From a virus, in the IMG/VR virus record IMGVR_UViG_3300022602_000084, positions 3,133 through 67,132 of that record: a stretch of 64,000 bases of DNA. One strand, 5' to 3'. The position numbers and the translations under genes are program-made. The notes below the pieces were generated by a model that was given only the letters and a program-made list of their open reading frames with translations, made no database searches and was not told where the DNA came from. Positions 17,621 to 28,602 of the stretch are shown here, piece after piece; the first letter of the stretch is position 1; each line of letters opens with the position of its first letter.

Positions 17621-18946
17621 ATGACTATTTCCCAAACACAATTAGTTGATATACTTTATAAGAAACTTAGTGGGGTTTCCAAGACTGACACCAGCACTGC
17701 CAAATCGCCTGCAAACGAAGCAAACGCCAGTCCTCAATTGACCCCGGGCAGTACCATATGGCAACAAGACTACTCGATTCCCAACGTGTCAACATTGCCT
17801 ACCAGCAACAGTAGCGTGGTAACAGTGTACAGTAGCAGCACAAGTTCGGTTGTGCAAACAGCAGCCTTGAGCGAAAGTGTAGCTCAAGAAACTTGGACCA
17901 CTGGCTTGACCAATTGGATCAGTCCGCAATTTGGTGCAGGATATCAGCTGAAATTGTATGCCGGACCCCCGGGTGCATCAAGTGCCCAAGCAGTTAATTT
18001 TACCAACTTACCAGTAGGCGGTAGCGGAAATAGTGACAGTTGGTACTTTGATTACATAGCCGGTATTGTTAACTTTGCCGACACCAATGTGCCCACTCCG
18101 GTGGCCAACGTGGCCAATGTGGTTTATGCAGTGGGTGCTCGTTACACCGGCACTCTAGGCATCGGCAACTACGCCAATTTGACTGTGGCCAATCTTGCAA
18201 TCACAGGAAATGTCACGGGAAATATAAGCACTGACAATATTTTCCCCAATGTTGCTACCAGCACAGTTTTCCGGGCCAACACCGCAGTTGGATTGCCTTC
18301 GGGGAATACTTCGGCACGTCCCGCTGCTGCAGCCGGGTTTATAAGATTCAACACCGACACCAGTGTAATTGAATTTTACAACGGAACCAGCTGGGTTTCG
18401 GTCACAAACAGCATAACCGATCAGCAAATCACACCCGACGGAGTAAATCAATCTTTTTCACTGAATCAAACCACTACCGCAGTTGGCATTTTGGTCAGTA
18501 TCAATGGTACTGTACAAAGTCCGGGAGTGGCATATACTGTTACAGGATCAACAATCACTTTTGCCGAAGTGCCGTTGTCTAGCGACATAGTGGATATTAG
18601 ATATATTGCTACAGCCGTTTCTACCAGTCTAGATTTTGAAATTGTAGACACTGCCAACGTACAAATTGGCACAACAACTGCCATAATAGATAGCTTTTCA
18701 ACTGCACAGTACCGTAGTGCCAAATACCTAATTTCTAGCACAACTCTGTCAGATTCGCAATTTAGCGAAATTATACTAGTACAAAATTCGGGCACAACCG
18801 CAGTAAATACTATTGGCAATGTTAGAACTGCTGCAAACACCGTCACTTACTCGGCCAACGTGAGCGGAAATATTGTGAATTTATTGGCAACAAGTTCGAC
18901 TTCGCCAACTCAGTTACGAATTCAACGCACTTATTTCAACATCTAA
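17621..18946 (+). CDS. Virion structural / fibre-associated protein
   Basis: LPSGNTSARP...FIRFNTD...EFYNGTSW, VSINGTVQ and YRSAKYLI modules. Confidence 0.75.
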   Translation: MTISQTQLVDILYKKLSGVSKTDTSTAKSPANEANASPQLTPGSTIWQQDYSIPNVSTLPTSNSSVVTVYSSSTSSVVQTAALSESVAQETWTTGLTNWISPQFGAGYQLKLYAGPPGASSAQAVNFTNLPVGGSGNSDSWYFDYIAGIVNFADTNVPTPVANVANVVYAVGARYTGTLGIGNYANLTVANLAITGNVTGNISTDNIFPNVATSTVFRANTAVGLPSGNTSARPAAAAGFIRFNTDTSVIEFYNGTSWVSVTNSITDQQITPDGVNQSFSLNQTTTAVGILVSINGTVQSPGVAYTVTGSTITFAEVPLSSDIVDIRYIATAVSTSLDFEIVDTANVQIGTTTAIIDSFSTAQYRSAKYLISSTTLSDSQFSEIILVQNSGTTAVNTIGNVRTAANTVTYSANVSGNIVNLLATSSTSPTQLRIQRTYFNI

Positions 18947-19054
18947 CGATTACGAATTTGTAATTGCTCAATCTCAAAGATACGCAAACTAGCAAGATTT
19001 CTTTTGCCACGGCTGTACTAAATAGTATTAGTTATCAACACTAAGGAAACTAAA

Positions 19055-22000
19055 ATGGCCGTAACACGCATACAAAATAATCAGATCACTGACAGTACAA
19101 TTAACGCACAGTACAAAGTTCAATCGGGAACAGTGACTGGTAATTTGTTTGCGACAAATTTGACCTTGAACAGTAATGTTACAATTCTTGGTAATTTTAC
19201 AGTTGCAAACAGCTATACGCAACTGAACTCAGTCAACACATACGTCAACGATCCGTTAGTGGTTTTTAACAACGGATACACCGGTTCACCAACATACGAT
19301 ATTGGTGTTTTAATGAATCGTAACCTGCAACCGGTCACCGGTTACGGCGGTCAGAGCGTGAACGCGGCCTGGGTCTGGGAAGAATCCAGCAATCAATTTC
19401 AGGGTATTTTGACCACAGAAACTGGTACTACCACTGGAGTTATCAACAATTCGGGATATGCCAATTTACGTATCGGTAACGTATTCAGTATTAGTCAAAC
19501 AGTCACAAACGGATTATCGGCCGGATCTTTAACCACTGGCGGTGCACTAACAGTATCGGGAGCAAGTGCTTTAAATACTGTGACCGGAGCCAGTTTTCAA
19601 GGTATCATTGGTAATTCCGCAGCCGCAGCCGGTACATTCACCACACTGACTGCATCTAGTGCAACAGTAAACGGCACAGTGATTGCCAATACTGTAAACG
19701 CAGTCACAATCGGTAACACTGGTGCAAACATAAACGGTACTGGAACTTATTTGACTGCACTAAATGCAAGCAATTTGAGTTCGGGCACAGTTCCAAGTGC
19801 ACAAATCTCTGGTGCGTATACCGGTATTACTCAAGTAGGCACACTGACCGGACTTACCACAAGCGGAACAATAATTGCTGCCACAGTAAACGCTGCCACA
19901 ATTGGCAATTCAGGTGCAGTATTTTCGGGTGCAAGTGAAACACTGACCGGCACCTTGATAGCTGCCACAGTCAATGCTGCCACAATTGGTAATACTGGTG
20001 CTACAGGCACATTCCAAACACTAAATTCTGTATACAGTAACCCAACTAACTTGGCAACCTCTAATGCAGTAATTACTGGAGGTAGTGTAAATGGCACACC
20101 TGTTGGGGCAACTGTTGCTAGTACTGGTAACTTTACAACCTTAAACGCAACAACATCAATTACTACTGCTACAGTAAATGCTGCCACAATTGGCAATGCA
20201 GGTGCAGTATTTTCAGGTGCAAGTGAAACACTAACAGGTACTCTAATAGCTGCCACAGTCAATGCTGCCACAATTGGTAATACTGGTGCCAACCTTGTTG
20301 GTACCGGTACATATATCACAGGATTGAGCTCTAGCAATATATCTGGCACAGTGGCCACTGCCAACGTGGCAATAAACGTTCAGACCAATTTAAACGTTGA
20401 TACAACAAACGCTCATTTGCCAATAATGTTGGGTAATACTGCTACAACTGGCAACAGTCAAGTTGGTGTAAGTAGCAACTTATGGTACGATCCAGCAACA
20501 CAGTATTTTAACGCTCCAAACCTTTCAACTGGCAGTGCTAGTGGCACTGTTGCCACAAACATACTAAACGCAGCAGTTGGTGCATCTAACGTAACAGTAT
20601 TCAATACTACTACTGCTAATATCAACATGGGTGGTGCTGCAACAATAGTCGCATTGGGTGCAAGCAACGTTAACTTTAACGTTGGTGGCGGCACTGGTAA
20701 CATATCGGCTGGCAATGTTACGGCAACAACACTTTACGGAAATTTTATTGGCACTGCGGCATTAAGTACATTAACAACCAGCAGTACAATCATTGCCAAT
20801 GGCAACATAGTTGCTGCTAGTGGAACTGCTAGCTCAAATACCACAACTGGTGCTTTGGTGGTCGCTGGCACAGGCGGCCTTGGAGTAGGCGGTGCAGTAT
20901 ATGCCGGAAGTGTTTATGATTCGGGCAATCGAGTACTAAGCACAAGTTCTGGTGCTGGTAATTTAGCCATCAGCGGAAACGCAGTTACTTTACCGTTGAC
21001 CGGACCAGGAGCAGTCTCAGTTGGTAGTGCAACCAATATTCCCACAATACAAACCGATCAATACGGACGTATTGTGAGTTTGACCAGTAACGCTGTTTCT
21101 ACCGGATTTAGTTTAGTTGGCACAAGCGGTTCGGGCACATTAAGTGGTGGAGGAACACTGACATTTGCAAGTACAAACGGTGTAACCATTGCAGTTGGCA
21201 GTTCGTATGCAAACATTAGTACTCCGCAAGATGTAAGGACAACTGCAAGTCCATCTTTTGTGAATACTACGCTAAGTGGTACGCTGATAGCTGCCACAGT
21301 AAATGCTGCCACAATTGGTAATACAGGGGCCAGCTTCTCGGGTGCCAACCAAACATTGTCGGGTACCTTGATAGCAAGCACTGTCAATGCTGCCACAATT
21401 GGTAATACTGGTGCGGCATTTACTGGTAGTAGTGCAACCATCACTGGAACAACACAATCAACCAATACCACGAGCGGTGCCTTGCAAGTTACTGGTGGTG
21501 TTGGTATTGGTGCTAATTTGTATGTGGGCGGAAATGCCACTATTGTAGGAAATTTAACTGTACAAGGCACAGTGACCAGTGTAAACAGCGAAATCGTTAA
21601 TCAGACCGAAGTTGTTGCTGGCACACTGACAGCAAATTCAACAGTAGCAGCAACCAATACCACAAGTGGTGCGTTGCAAGTTGCTGGTGGCGTAGGTATA
21701 CAAGGTGCAGTATATGCCGGAAGTATTCAAAATACTCCAATTGGTAACACCACTGCCAGCACTGGTGCATTTACAACATTGACTTCAAGCGGCACAACAA
21801 TTGCATCGGGCAATATTGTTGCTGCTAGTGGCACTGCAAGTACAAGTGCAACGACTGGTGCATTGGTTGTGGCTGGATCAGGCGGAGCTGGCATTGGCGG
21901 TAACTTAAACGTTGCCGGTTTAGCTTACTTCACTGACAATATTCCAAATACAGGAGTTAATACTGGTGCATTGCAAGTAACACAGGGCGGTGCTTACATT

Positions 22001-25000
22001 GCTGGTAACTTGTTTGTTGGCGGAAACATTAATTTAACAAATACCAATACTACACAAATTACAGGTAACAACGGTAGCTTTTACGGTAACGCAGCAGGAT
22101 TTGGTGCATTATTTACTGGTATAAGCTCGGGATATGTGGTACAAGCACAAACGGTGATACAAGCAAGTACCAACTTTAATGGCTACGCACAAATAAACCA
22201 TCAGAATATCAACTCAGGAGCCAATGCGTCAACTGACTTTGTGGCCACTGCGGATACAGGAACTGCTGGCTCTGGCTACATTGACATGGGTATCAACAGT
22301 TCGGGCTTTGTTGGTGGTAGCGGCAACGAATTAAACTATCCACTTGATGGTTATGTGTATGTTCAAGGAACTTCAAACAGTAACGGTAATTTGATATTGA
22401 GCACTGAAGGTGCCACCGACGTTGTAATCACAACAAATGGTCAAGGTTTAGTTAATCAACAGGCAAGATTTAAAAATAACGTGGGTTTGATTATATATCA
22501 AACAACAACAAGTACTAATACCACAAGCGGTGCATTGCAGGTGGCTGGCGGTGCGGGTATTGCAGGAGCAGTTTATGCCGGAAGCATACAAAATACTCCA
22601 ATTGGTAGCACTGCTGCCAGTACCGGTAACTTTACTACATTAAATGCTAGTACTGGGTTAACTGCAAGTACTGTAAGTGCAGCAACGATCGGTAACGTTG
22701 GTGCAAGTGGACAATTTGGTACAATTATTGCAAGTACAGTAAATGCTGCCACAATTGGTAACACAGGTGCTACAATTACTGGTGCTAGTGAAACATTATC
22801 GGGCACATTAATTGCTGCTACAGTCAATGCGGCCACAATTGGTAATACCGGTGCAGTATTTTCAGGTGCCAACCAAACATTATCAGGCACATTGATAGCT
22901 GCCACAGTCAATGCTGCCACAATTGGTAACACTGGTGCAACTGTAACAGGAACAAACGTAAATGGTGTTTATGTGTTGGCTTCTACTGGACTTTCGACTG
23001 CTAATGCAGTTATAACAGGTGGAAGTATTAATGGTACAACTATTGGTGCTACTAATGCAAGTACTGGTAATTTTACTACATTAAATGCAACAACTTCGGT
23101 TACAACTGCTACAGTAAATGCTGCCACAATTGGTAATACCGGTGCCAACGTAGTTGGTACAGGTACTTACTTGACGTCATTGACCGGCAGCAACGTTAAC
23201 GGTACAGTAAACACTGCCAACGTAAGCTATTACAAAGCAGTTCAAAATGTAACCAATAATCAAACTTTCTACTTGGGCTTTGCCAATGCCACAAGTGGTA
23301 ACAGTACATTCAATACAACCACAACAGTCAACGTTAACCCCAGTACCGGTAACGTTTATGCAACTGCATTTGTTGGTTCTGGTGCTTATTTAACCAACAT
23401 CTCAATTGGTTCCTTGAGCGGAACCTATCCAGCAGCAAACGCTGCAATCTATACTGGAGTTACAAATAACACCAGCGGTAGTACTTTCTATCCAATACTG
23501 AGCGGACAAAGTACTACTGGTAATGTACAAGCTCAAGTAAACGGTAGCTTGAGTTATGTTCCAAACACTGGAACATTGAGTGCAGTAGCATTTAGCGGAA
23601 GTGGTACAAGTTATATTCAAACCCTGCAAGTTAACGGAGCCTTTACCGGTTGCGGTACAGTTGCAGCAACTAGCGGTGCGTCAAGTACCAGTACCGCAAC
23701 CGGTGCACTACAAGTAACAGGCGGTGTTGGCGTAACCGGTAACATATATGTTGGTGGTACTGGTGTATTTGGATCCAGTTTAAATTACACTCCTGCAAAC
23801 GCACCGATACAGGTTGGATACAGTATCAACAACTACTCACAGTTTACAATACAAAATGCCAATGCTGGTAACAATGCAAGTACTGATATTGCTGCAGTGG
23901 CCAACAACGGTAGCGACAACGACACTTATGTTGACATGGGTATTGTCAGTTCAGGATACAGTCAAGCTGCATACAGTTTGTACAAACCCAACGACGGATA
24001 TTTGATTGTTGCCGGTAACACCACAACTGGTGGTGGTAACTTGATATTAAACACCTATAAAAGTAACGATATCATATTTGCCACAGGCGGTACAACAACA
24101 CAATTTGAAGTTGCACGTATCACAAGCGGCAACGTGGTAGTTATCAAGTCAACAAATAACAACACATTAGCGGCCAATACTGGGGCATTGCAAGTTTGGG
24201 GCGGGGCAAGTGTAAGCGGCAACGTTTATATTGGCGGTTCATCGTACTATATGGGCGGTGCGTTGTTTAACCACAACCAAGCCAGTGCAGGCACAACAGG
24301 TGGCGCAAACCAAAATGCATTTATCATGCAAGGTGTCAACGACTCAACACTGATTTATGCCAAGCCACTGACTGCATATGACGCAGTTATCATTGGTGGC
24401 AATGCAGCAAGCACAAGTTTTGCACAAGGTGCCAAGTTTGTTGTTAACAGTACAGACTCAATGTTGTTGCCGGTTGGTACTAACGCACAACGTCCAGGTA
24501 GCAGTGGTGGTACAGATACTACTGGTATGTTCCGCTATAGCTCAACTGCCAATGCAATTGAATGGTATAACGGCACAAGTTGGCAATCGGCAAGCAGTAG
24601 CTTTACAGTTATTGCTGACCAACAGTTTACAGGAACTGGATCGCAAACCAACTTTACCTTGAGCACCAGCCAAACCACTGCAAGTTGTATTGTAAGCATC
24701 AACGGTGTAGTACAAATACCAACACTGGCATACTCGGTATCAGGAACAACACTAACATTTACCGAAGCTCCGCAAACCACTGACGTAATTGATGTACGTA
24801 TGCTGACAACCACTGCCACAGTGCTGGGATTAAGTGATGTTTCGGGTTATAACCAAGTTAACGTTGCAACCGGAACAGGCATTACTTTTGTAACAGGCAC
24901 AACACAGGCCACAACACAGTACACAATTGACACCAACGGTGGTTTTGTGACCAACGGCAGTAACGTGACAATAGCCAGTGCTGGTACAAGTGTAATTGAT

Positions 25001-25279
25001 AACTTGTATGCCAATACTTATAGTAGTGCCAAGTATACTATTACAGCAACATTGGCTGGTACAACTATTCGCGAAATCACTGAAGTATTAATGGTACATA
25101 CTGGTAACGGAGCAGGTGCTGGATCGGTATACATGTCAAGTTATGGTCGAGTAAATACTGCTGGTAATACACTGGTAACTTATAGCGGATCAACAAGTGG
25201 TAATATTGCTCAATTGCAGGCTACTACGACAAATGCCAATACAATCTTGAGGATCAAACGAGATTATATGGCAATTTAA
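19055..25279 (+). CDS. Long repetitive tail fibre protein (2074 aa)
   Basis: About 12 copies of TVNAATIGNxGA, repeated STNTTSGALQVxGG units, and C-terminal LPVGTNAQRP / YSSAKY modules. Confidence 0.85.
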   Translation: MAVTRIQNNQITDSTINAQYKVQSGTVTGNLFATNLTLNSNVTILGNFTVANSYTQLNSVNTYVNDPLVVFNNGYTGSPTYDIGVLMNRNLQPVTGYGGQSVNAAWVWEESSNQFQGILTTETGTTTGVINNSGYANLRIGNVFSISQTVTNGLSAGSLTTGGALTVSGASALNTVTGASFQGIIGNSAAAAGTFTTLTASSATVNGTVIANTVNAVTIGNTGANINGTGTYLTALNASNLSSGTVPSAQISGAYTGITQVGTLTGLTTSGTIIAATVNAATIGNSGAVFSGASETLTGTLIAATVNAATIGNTGATGTFQTLNSVYSNPTNLATSNAVITGGSVNGTPVGATVASTGNFTTLNATTSITTATVNAATIGNAGAVFSGASETLTGTLIAATVNAATIGNTGANLVGTGTYITGLSSSNISGTVATANVAINVQTNLNVDTTNAHLPIMLGNTATTGNSQVGVSSNLWYDPATQYFNAPNLSTGSASGTVATNILNAAVGASNVTVFNTTTANINMGGAATIVALGASNVNFNVGGGTGNISAGNVTATTLYGNFIGTAALSTLTTSSTIIANGNIVAASGTASSNTTTGALVVAGTGGLGVGGAVYAGSVYDSGNRVLSTSSGAGNLAISGNAVTLPLTGPGAVSVGSATNIPTIQTDQYGRIVSLTSNAVSTGFSLVGTSGSGTLSGGGTLTFASTNGVTIAVGSSYANISTPQDVRTTASPSFVNTTLSGTLIAATVNAATIGNTGASFSGANQTLSGTLIASTVNAATIGNTGAAFTGSSATITGTTQSTNTTSGALQVTGGVGIGANLYVGGNATIVGNLTVQGTVTSVNSEIVNQTEVVAGTLTANSTVAATNTTSGALQVAGGVGIQGAVYAGSIQNTPIGNTTASTGAFTTLTSSGTTIASGNIVAASGTASTSATTGALVVAGSGGAGIGGNLNVAGLAYFTDNIPNTGVNTGALQVTQGGAYIAGNLFVGGNINLTNTNTTQITGNNGSFYGNAAGFGALFTGISSGYVVQAQTVIQASTNFNGYAQINHQNINSGANASTDFVATADTGTAGSGYIDMGINSSGFVGGSGNELNYPLDGYVYVQGTSNSNGNLILSTEGATDVVITTNGQGLVNQQARFKNNVGLIIYQTTTSTNTTSGALQVAGGAGIAGAVYAGSIQNTPIGSTAASTGNFTTLNASTGLTASTVSAATIGNVGASGQFGTIIASTVNAATIGNTGATITGASETLSGTLIAATVNAATIGNTGAVFSGANQTLSGTLIAATVNAATIGNTGATVTGTNVNGVYVLASTGLSTANAVITGGSINGTTIGATNASTGNFTTLNATTSVTTATVNAATIGNTGANVVGTGTYLTSLTGSNVNGTVNTANVSYYKAVQNVTNNQTFYLGFANATSGNSTFNTTTTVNVNPSTGNVYATAFVGSGAYLTNISIGSLSGTYPAANAAIYTGVTNNTSGSTFYPILSGQSTTGNVQAQVNGSLSYVPNTGTLSAVAFSGSGTSYIQTLQVNGAFTGCGTVAATSGASSTSTATGALQVTGGVGVTGNIYVGGTGVFGSSLNYTPANAPIQVGYSINNYSQFTIQNANAGNNASTDIAAVANNGSDNDTYVDMGIVSSGYSQAAYSLYKPNDGYLIVAGNTTTGGGNLILNTYKSNDIIFATGGTTTQFEVARITSGNVVVIKSTNNNTLAANTGALQVWGGASVSGNVYIGGSSYYMGGALFNHNQASAGTTGGANQNAFIMQGVNDSTLIYAKPLTAYDAVIIGGNAASTSFAQGAKFVVNSTDSMLLPVGTNAQRPGSSGGTDTTGMFRYSSTANAIEWYNGTSWQSASSSFTVIADQQFTGTGSQTNFTLSTSQTTASCIVSINGVVQIPTLAYSVSGTTLTFTEAPQTTDVIDVRMLTTTATVLGLSDVSGYNQVNVATGTGITFVTGTTQATTQYTIDTNGGFVTNGSNVTIASAGTSVIDNLYANTYSSAKYTITATLAGTTIREITEVLMVHTGNGAGAGSVYMSSYGRVNTAGNTLVTYSGSTSGNIAQLQATTTNANTILRIKRDYMAI

Positions 25280-25350
25280 TTGGCCGGGGTAGATGGTCTA
25301 CCCTGAGCTTTTAATTCTTCTGGGGAATATGGAACCAAGGAAAAACAAAA

Positions 25351-26025
25351 ATGGTAGCAAGCGTAAACACAAATTTTATAGTACAAAACGGTCTTACAGT
25401 AGGGCCAACAACAATATTTGCCGGCAACGGTGACGTTATTACTGCAGGTAATATCAGTACCACTAGTACTACTCCTGCGTCTTTTGTCAATTTGACAGTA
25501 TCGGGCAATTTAACAGTACAGGGCACAACAACATCGGTTCAAAACGAAACGGCAACTGGTAATATTACACCAGCAGCCAACGTAACATACAACATTGGAT
25601 CAACTACTGCTTGGTGGAACAACTTTTACGGTACTGCGGTACATGCATTATACGCTGACTTGGCCGAAAACTATCAAGCCGATAAGTTCTACAATCCCGG
25701 AACAGTTCTAATGTTTGGCGGCGATCAAGAAGTTACACTAGCTTCGGCAGATACTACTGCGGTAGCCGGAATAGTCTCTACCAATCCCGCACATCTAATG
25801 AACGGTGCATTAACTGGACAGTACGTGGTGCCATTGGCACTGATAGGACGTGTGCCTTGCCAAGTGATTGGACCAGTAGCCAAAGGTGATTTGCTAGTCA
25901 GTGCCGGATTTGGATACGCAAAAACCAATAACACTCCGGCAGTGGGAACTGTTTTGGGAAAAGCACTAGAAGATTTTGGCGTAAGTGCCAAAGGCGTTAT
26001 TGAAGTGGTTGTGGGCAGAGTTTAA
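25351..26025 (+). CDS. Tail fibre protein with ADLAENY (intramolecular chaperone / peptidase G2-like) C-terminal domain
   Basis: YADLAENY...PGTV...GIVSTNPAHLMN...ALIGRVPC...GKALE motif set. Confidence 0.8.
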   Translation: MVASVNTNFIVQNGLTVGPTTIFAGNGDVITAGNISTTSTTPASFVNLTVSGNLTVQGTTTSVQNETATGNITPAANVTYNIGSTTAWWNNFYGTAVHALYADLAENYQADKFYNPGTVLMFGGDQEVTLASADTTAVAGIVSTNPAHLMNGALTGQYVVPLALIGRVPCQVIGPVAKGDLLVSAGFGYAKTNNTPAVGTVLGKALEDFGVSAKGVIEVVVGRV

Positions 26026-26044
26026 TACCAGCAAAAACTGTAAA

Positions 26045-26073
26045 AAAAGGGCCTTAATGGCCCTTTTGTTTTT
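26045..26073 (+). terminator. Intrinsic terminator
   Basis: AAAAGGGCC-TTAAT-GGCCCTTTTGTTTTT. Confidence 0.88.
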
Positions 26074-26103
26074 AATAAATATACAATAACACGGATGTAA
26101 TAA

Positions 26104-27837
26104 ATGGCGTTAACGAGACCGACAATATATAACCTTCAAACCAATATTGAAGTTTTCAATGAATCAATGACAGTATTGAATGCTGGTGCAAGTTCGGCTA
26201 ACGTGGATGTGGGGTTTATCCTTAATCGAGCACACGGCCTAGTGCCAAATGCTGCGTTTTATTGGAGTGAAAGTACACAAAGTTTTGTAGTTGCTTTGAC
26301 TTCAAATGCAGGAATTACCGCATCAAATATTTCAGTATCAAATTACGGAAACATTACCACCGGTAATATCTATAACGCCAATACCATTACCACAAATGCC
26401 ATAAGCACAGGAACCGCCACCATAAGCAGCAATGCCACTGTTTCTGGCAATCTTTTGGTCAGTAATTACGGTATCCTTTGGAGCAGTAACGGCCAACCGT
26501 TCAGCAGCGGCGGCAACAGTTTCAATCCCGCAAGTCCGGGCACAATTGGCGGTACCACTCCCGGTGCCGCAACATTCAGCAGTTTAAAAACTACTCAATC
26601 AACTGTTACGTTGGGCACCAGTGCTGGCGCAATTAGCCAAGGTACTTATGCTGTTGGTATTGGTACTTATGCTGGTTACAATACCCAAGGTGCTTACAGT
26701 GTTGTTATTGGCGGTCAAGCGGGTCAAAACACCGCTGGTGCACAGAGTGTGTTGATTGGATACAATGCCGGCTTTAACAGCAATAATGCCAACGTGGTAT
26801 CTATTGGATCGTATGCTGGAACATCGTATGCTGGAGCAGGAGCAGTAGCAATTGGACCAGGGGCTGGATCTACAAACCAAGCAACAAATGCAGTGGCCAT
26901 TGGTAATCAAGCCGGAGTAGTGCAATCGGCGTCTAGTATAATATTGAATTCAACTGGTAGCACATTGAACGACAATGGTATTACCGGCTTCTTTGTCAAG
27001 CCCACACGCAACGACACAGGTAATATCGGCAACGTGGTCATGTACAACACCACAACCGGCGAACACACCTATTCCAACACTATCAGTATAGCCGGCAACC
27101 TAACAGTTGGTGGTAACATATATCAAAATAATACGATTTCAACTAGCATTACTCACGTACTAACACACGGTAGTGACAATAATTTTCAATTATCAGCGCA
27201 AAACGGTGTATCAGTTAATACTACAGGTAGTGAAGTTGCAAGATTTGGTATTAATTATGCCACTGTGGGTTGGGACAGTTTTACACAATATATTCGAGGT
27301 AGTTCTTCACAAAACGGTTATCAAACTCTATGGGCCGGTAATACTGCTATCATGACTGTACAAACTGGTAGTGTGGTACCGGTGGCCAACGTTACTACCA
27401 CGTTGGGATCAAGCACGGCATGGTGGAGTACTATTTATGGAACTGCAATACACGCACAATATGCTGACTTGGCTGAAAACTATACAAGCGACAATCAATA
27501 CCCACCAGGCACTGTGGTAGTATTTGGTGGCGAAGCCGAAATTACAACAACCGACACAAGCCACGACACTAGAGTAGCAGGCGTAATATCTACGAACCCT
27601 GCTTATCTAATGAACGATAATAATCAAGGATTACCAGTGGCATTGACTGGTCGAGTTCCATGTCGTGTACAAGGACCAGTGGTAAAAGGACAAGTACTAG
27701 TGACCAGCAACACTCCCGGTGTTGCTCAAGCCATTGACAATAGCAAATTTTTGCCAGGGTGTGTATTGGGAAAAGCCTTGGAAGCGATAAATACAAGTAC
27801 AATAGCAACCATTGAAGTAGTGGTGGGAAGATTCTAA
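26104..27837 (+). CDS. Tail fibre protein with YadA-like beta-roll repeats and ADLAENY C-terminal domain
   Basis: Repeated AVAIGxxAG units; YADLAENY...PPGTV...ALTGRVPC. Confidence 0.8.
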   Translation: MALTRPTIYNLQTNIEVFNESMTVLNAGASSANVDVGFILNRAHGLVPNAAFYWSESTQSFVVALTSNAGITASNISVSNYGNITTGNIYNANTITTNAISTGTATISSNATVSGNLLVSNYGILWSSNGQPFSSGGNSFNPASPGTIGGTTPGAATFSSLKTTQSTVTLGTSAGAISQGTYAVGIGTYAGYNTQGAYSVVIGGQAGQNTAGAQSVLIGYNAGFNSNNANVVSIGSYAGTSYAGAGAVAIGPGAGSTNQATNAVAIGNQAGVVQSASSIILNSTGSTLNDNGITGFFVKPTRNDTGNIGNVVMYNTTTGEHTYSNTISIAGNLTVGGNIYQNNTISTSITHVLTHGSDNNFQLSAQNGVSVNTTGSEVARFGINYATVGWDSFTQYIRGSSSQNGYQTLWAGNTAIMTVQTGSVVPVANVTTTLGSSTAWWSTIYGTAIHAQYADLAENYTSDNQYPPGTVVVFGGEAEITTTDTSHDTRVAGVISTNPAYLMNDNNQGLPVALTGRVPCRVQGPVVKGQVLVTSNTPGVAQAIDNSKFLPGCVLGKALEAINTSTIATIEVVVGRF

Positions 27838-27849
27838 ACAGGATATCAA

Positions 27850-28602
27850 ATGCAACAAATAAAACGACTTTACAGAAGTACCTACAGTGGCGAAAGCGTG
27901 GTCAAGAACTTGACCTATGCAAATAATACTTGGACCCCTGAATTGGAATTGGTGCCAAACAATGTGTTCAACACACATACCACAACACAGGCCGCAGTAA
28001 TTGGCAATGGCGAAAGCCGAGCCAATTTTGATTTGAATTTGGTAGTAAAACACGTGGCCGGACTAGGCGGAATAGACAGCTTGCAAACTTATGGATGCAA
28101 TGCCCTATACCGGGACTATACGCCAGATTTTTTGGTTGCAGTTGGCGAAGATATTGTTCGAGAAATTGCCGAGTCCAACTATTGCACCGACAATATTGTT
28201 TACGCCAATGCCGATTATTTGTTGACTTACTCAAATCGATTTTATTTAATACCGCAAAATTTATATCTAGATTCTGGAGCAGTTGCTGCATACATGGCCT
28301 GCTTTGATGGACACAAGAAAGTATTTTTATTGGGATTTGACAGTTATGACGAAACAGGTCCGTATAACAACATTTACAAAGGTACCAATGGATACCAATT
28401 GACTGATAAATTGCATTCAAATGTGTTCTTTACACAATCACTGCATTCAGTAATGACTACATACAGTGATGTAGAGTTCGTTAGAGTAATGCCGGAAGCC
28501 ACTTGGTGGGCACACGATCAACACAACGTGTTACCAAATTTTAGACAAATCAATTACAAGGATTTTGTGCTCGAAGCCGATCTTGGCTTATTGGCTGCTT
28601 AA
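27850..28602 (+). CDS. Rossmann-like DUF115/MptE- or glycosyltransferase-like protein
   Basis: VIGNGESR, YGCNALYRD, DSGAVAA, VFLLGFD motifs. Confidence 0.6.
   Translation: MQQIKRLYRSTYSGESVVKNLTYANNTWTPELELVPNNVFNTHTTTQAAVIGNGESRANFDLNLVVKHVAGLGGIDSLQTYGCNALYRDYTPDFLVAVGEDIVREIAESNYCTDNIVYANADYLLTYSNRFYLIPQNLYLDSGAVAAYMACFDGHKKVFLLGFDSYDETGPYNNIYKGTNGYQLTDKLHSNVFFTQSLHSVMTTYSDVEFVRVMPEATWWAHDQHNVLPNFRQINYKDFVLEADLGLLAA

Noticed and set aside
19055-27837. Diversity-generating retroelement target in the fibre genes
   Set aside because: No reverse transcriptase and no template/variable repeat pair differing at adenines; the repeats vary mainly at synonymous sites.
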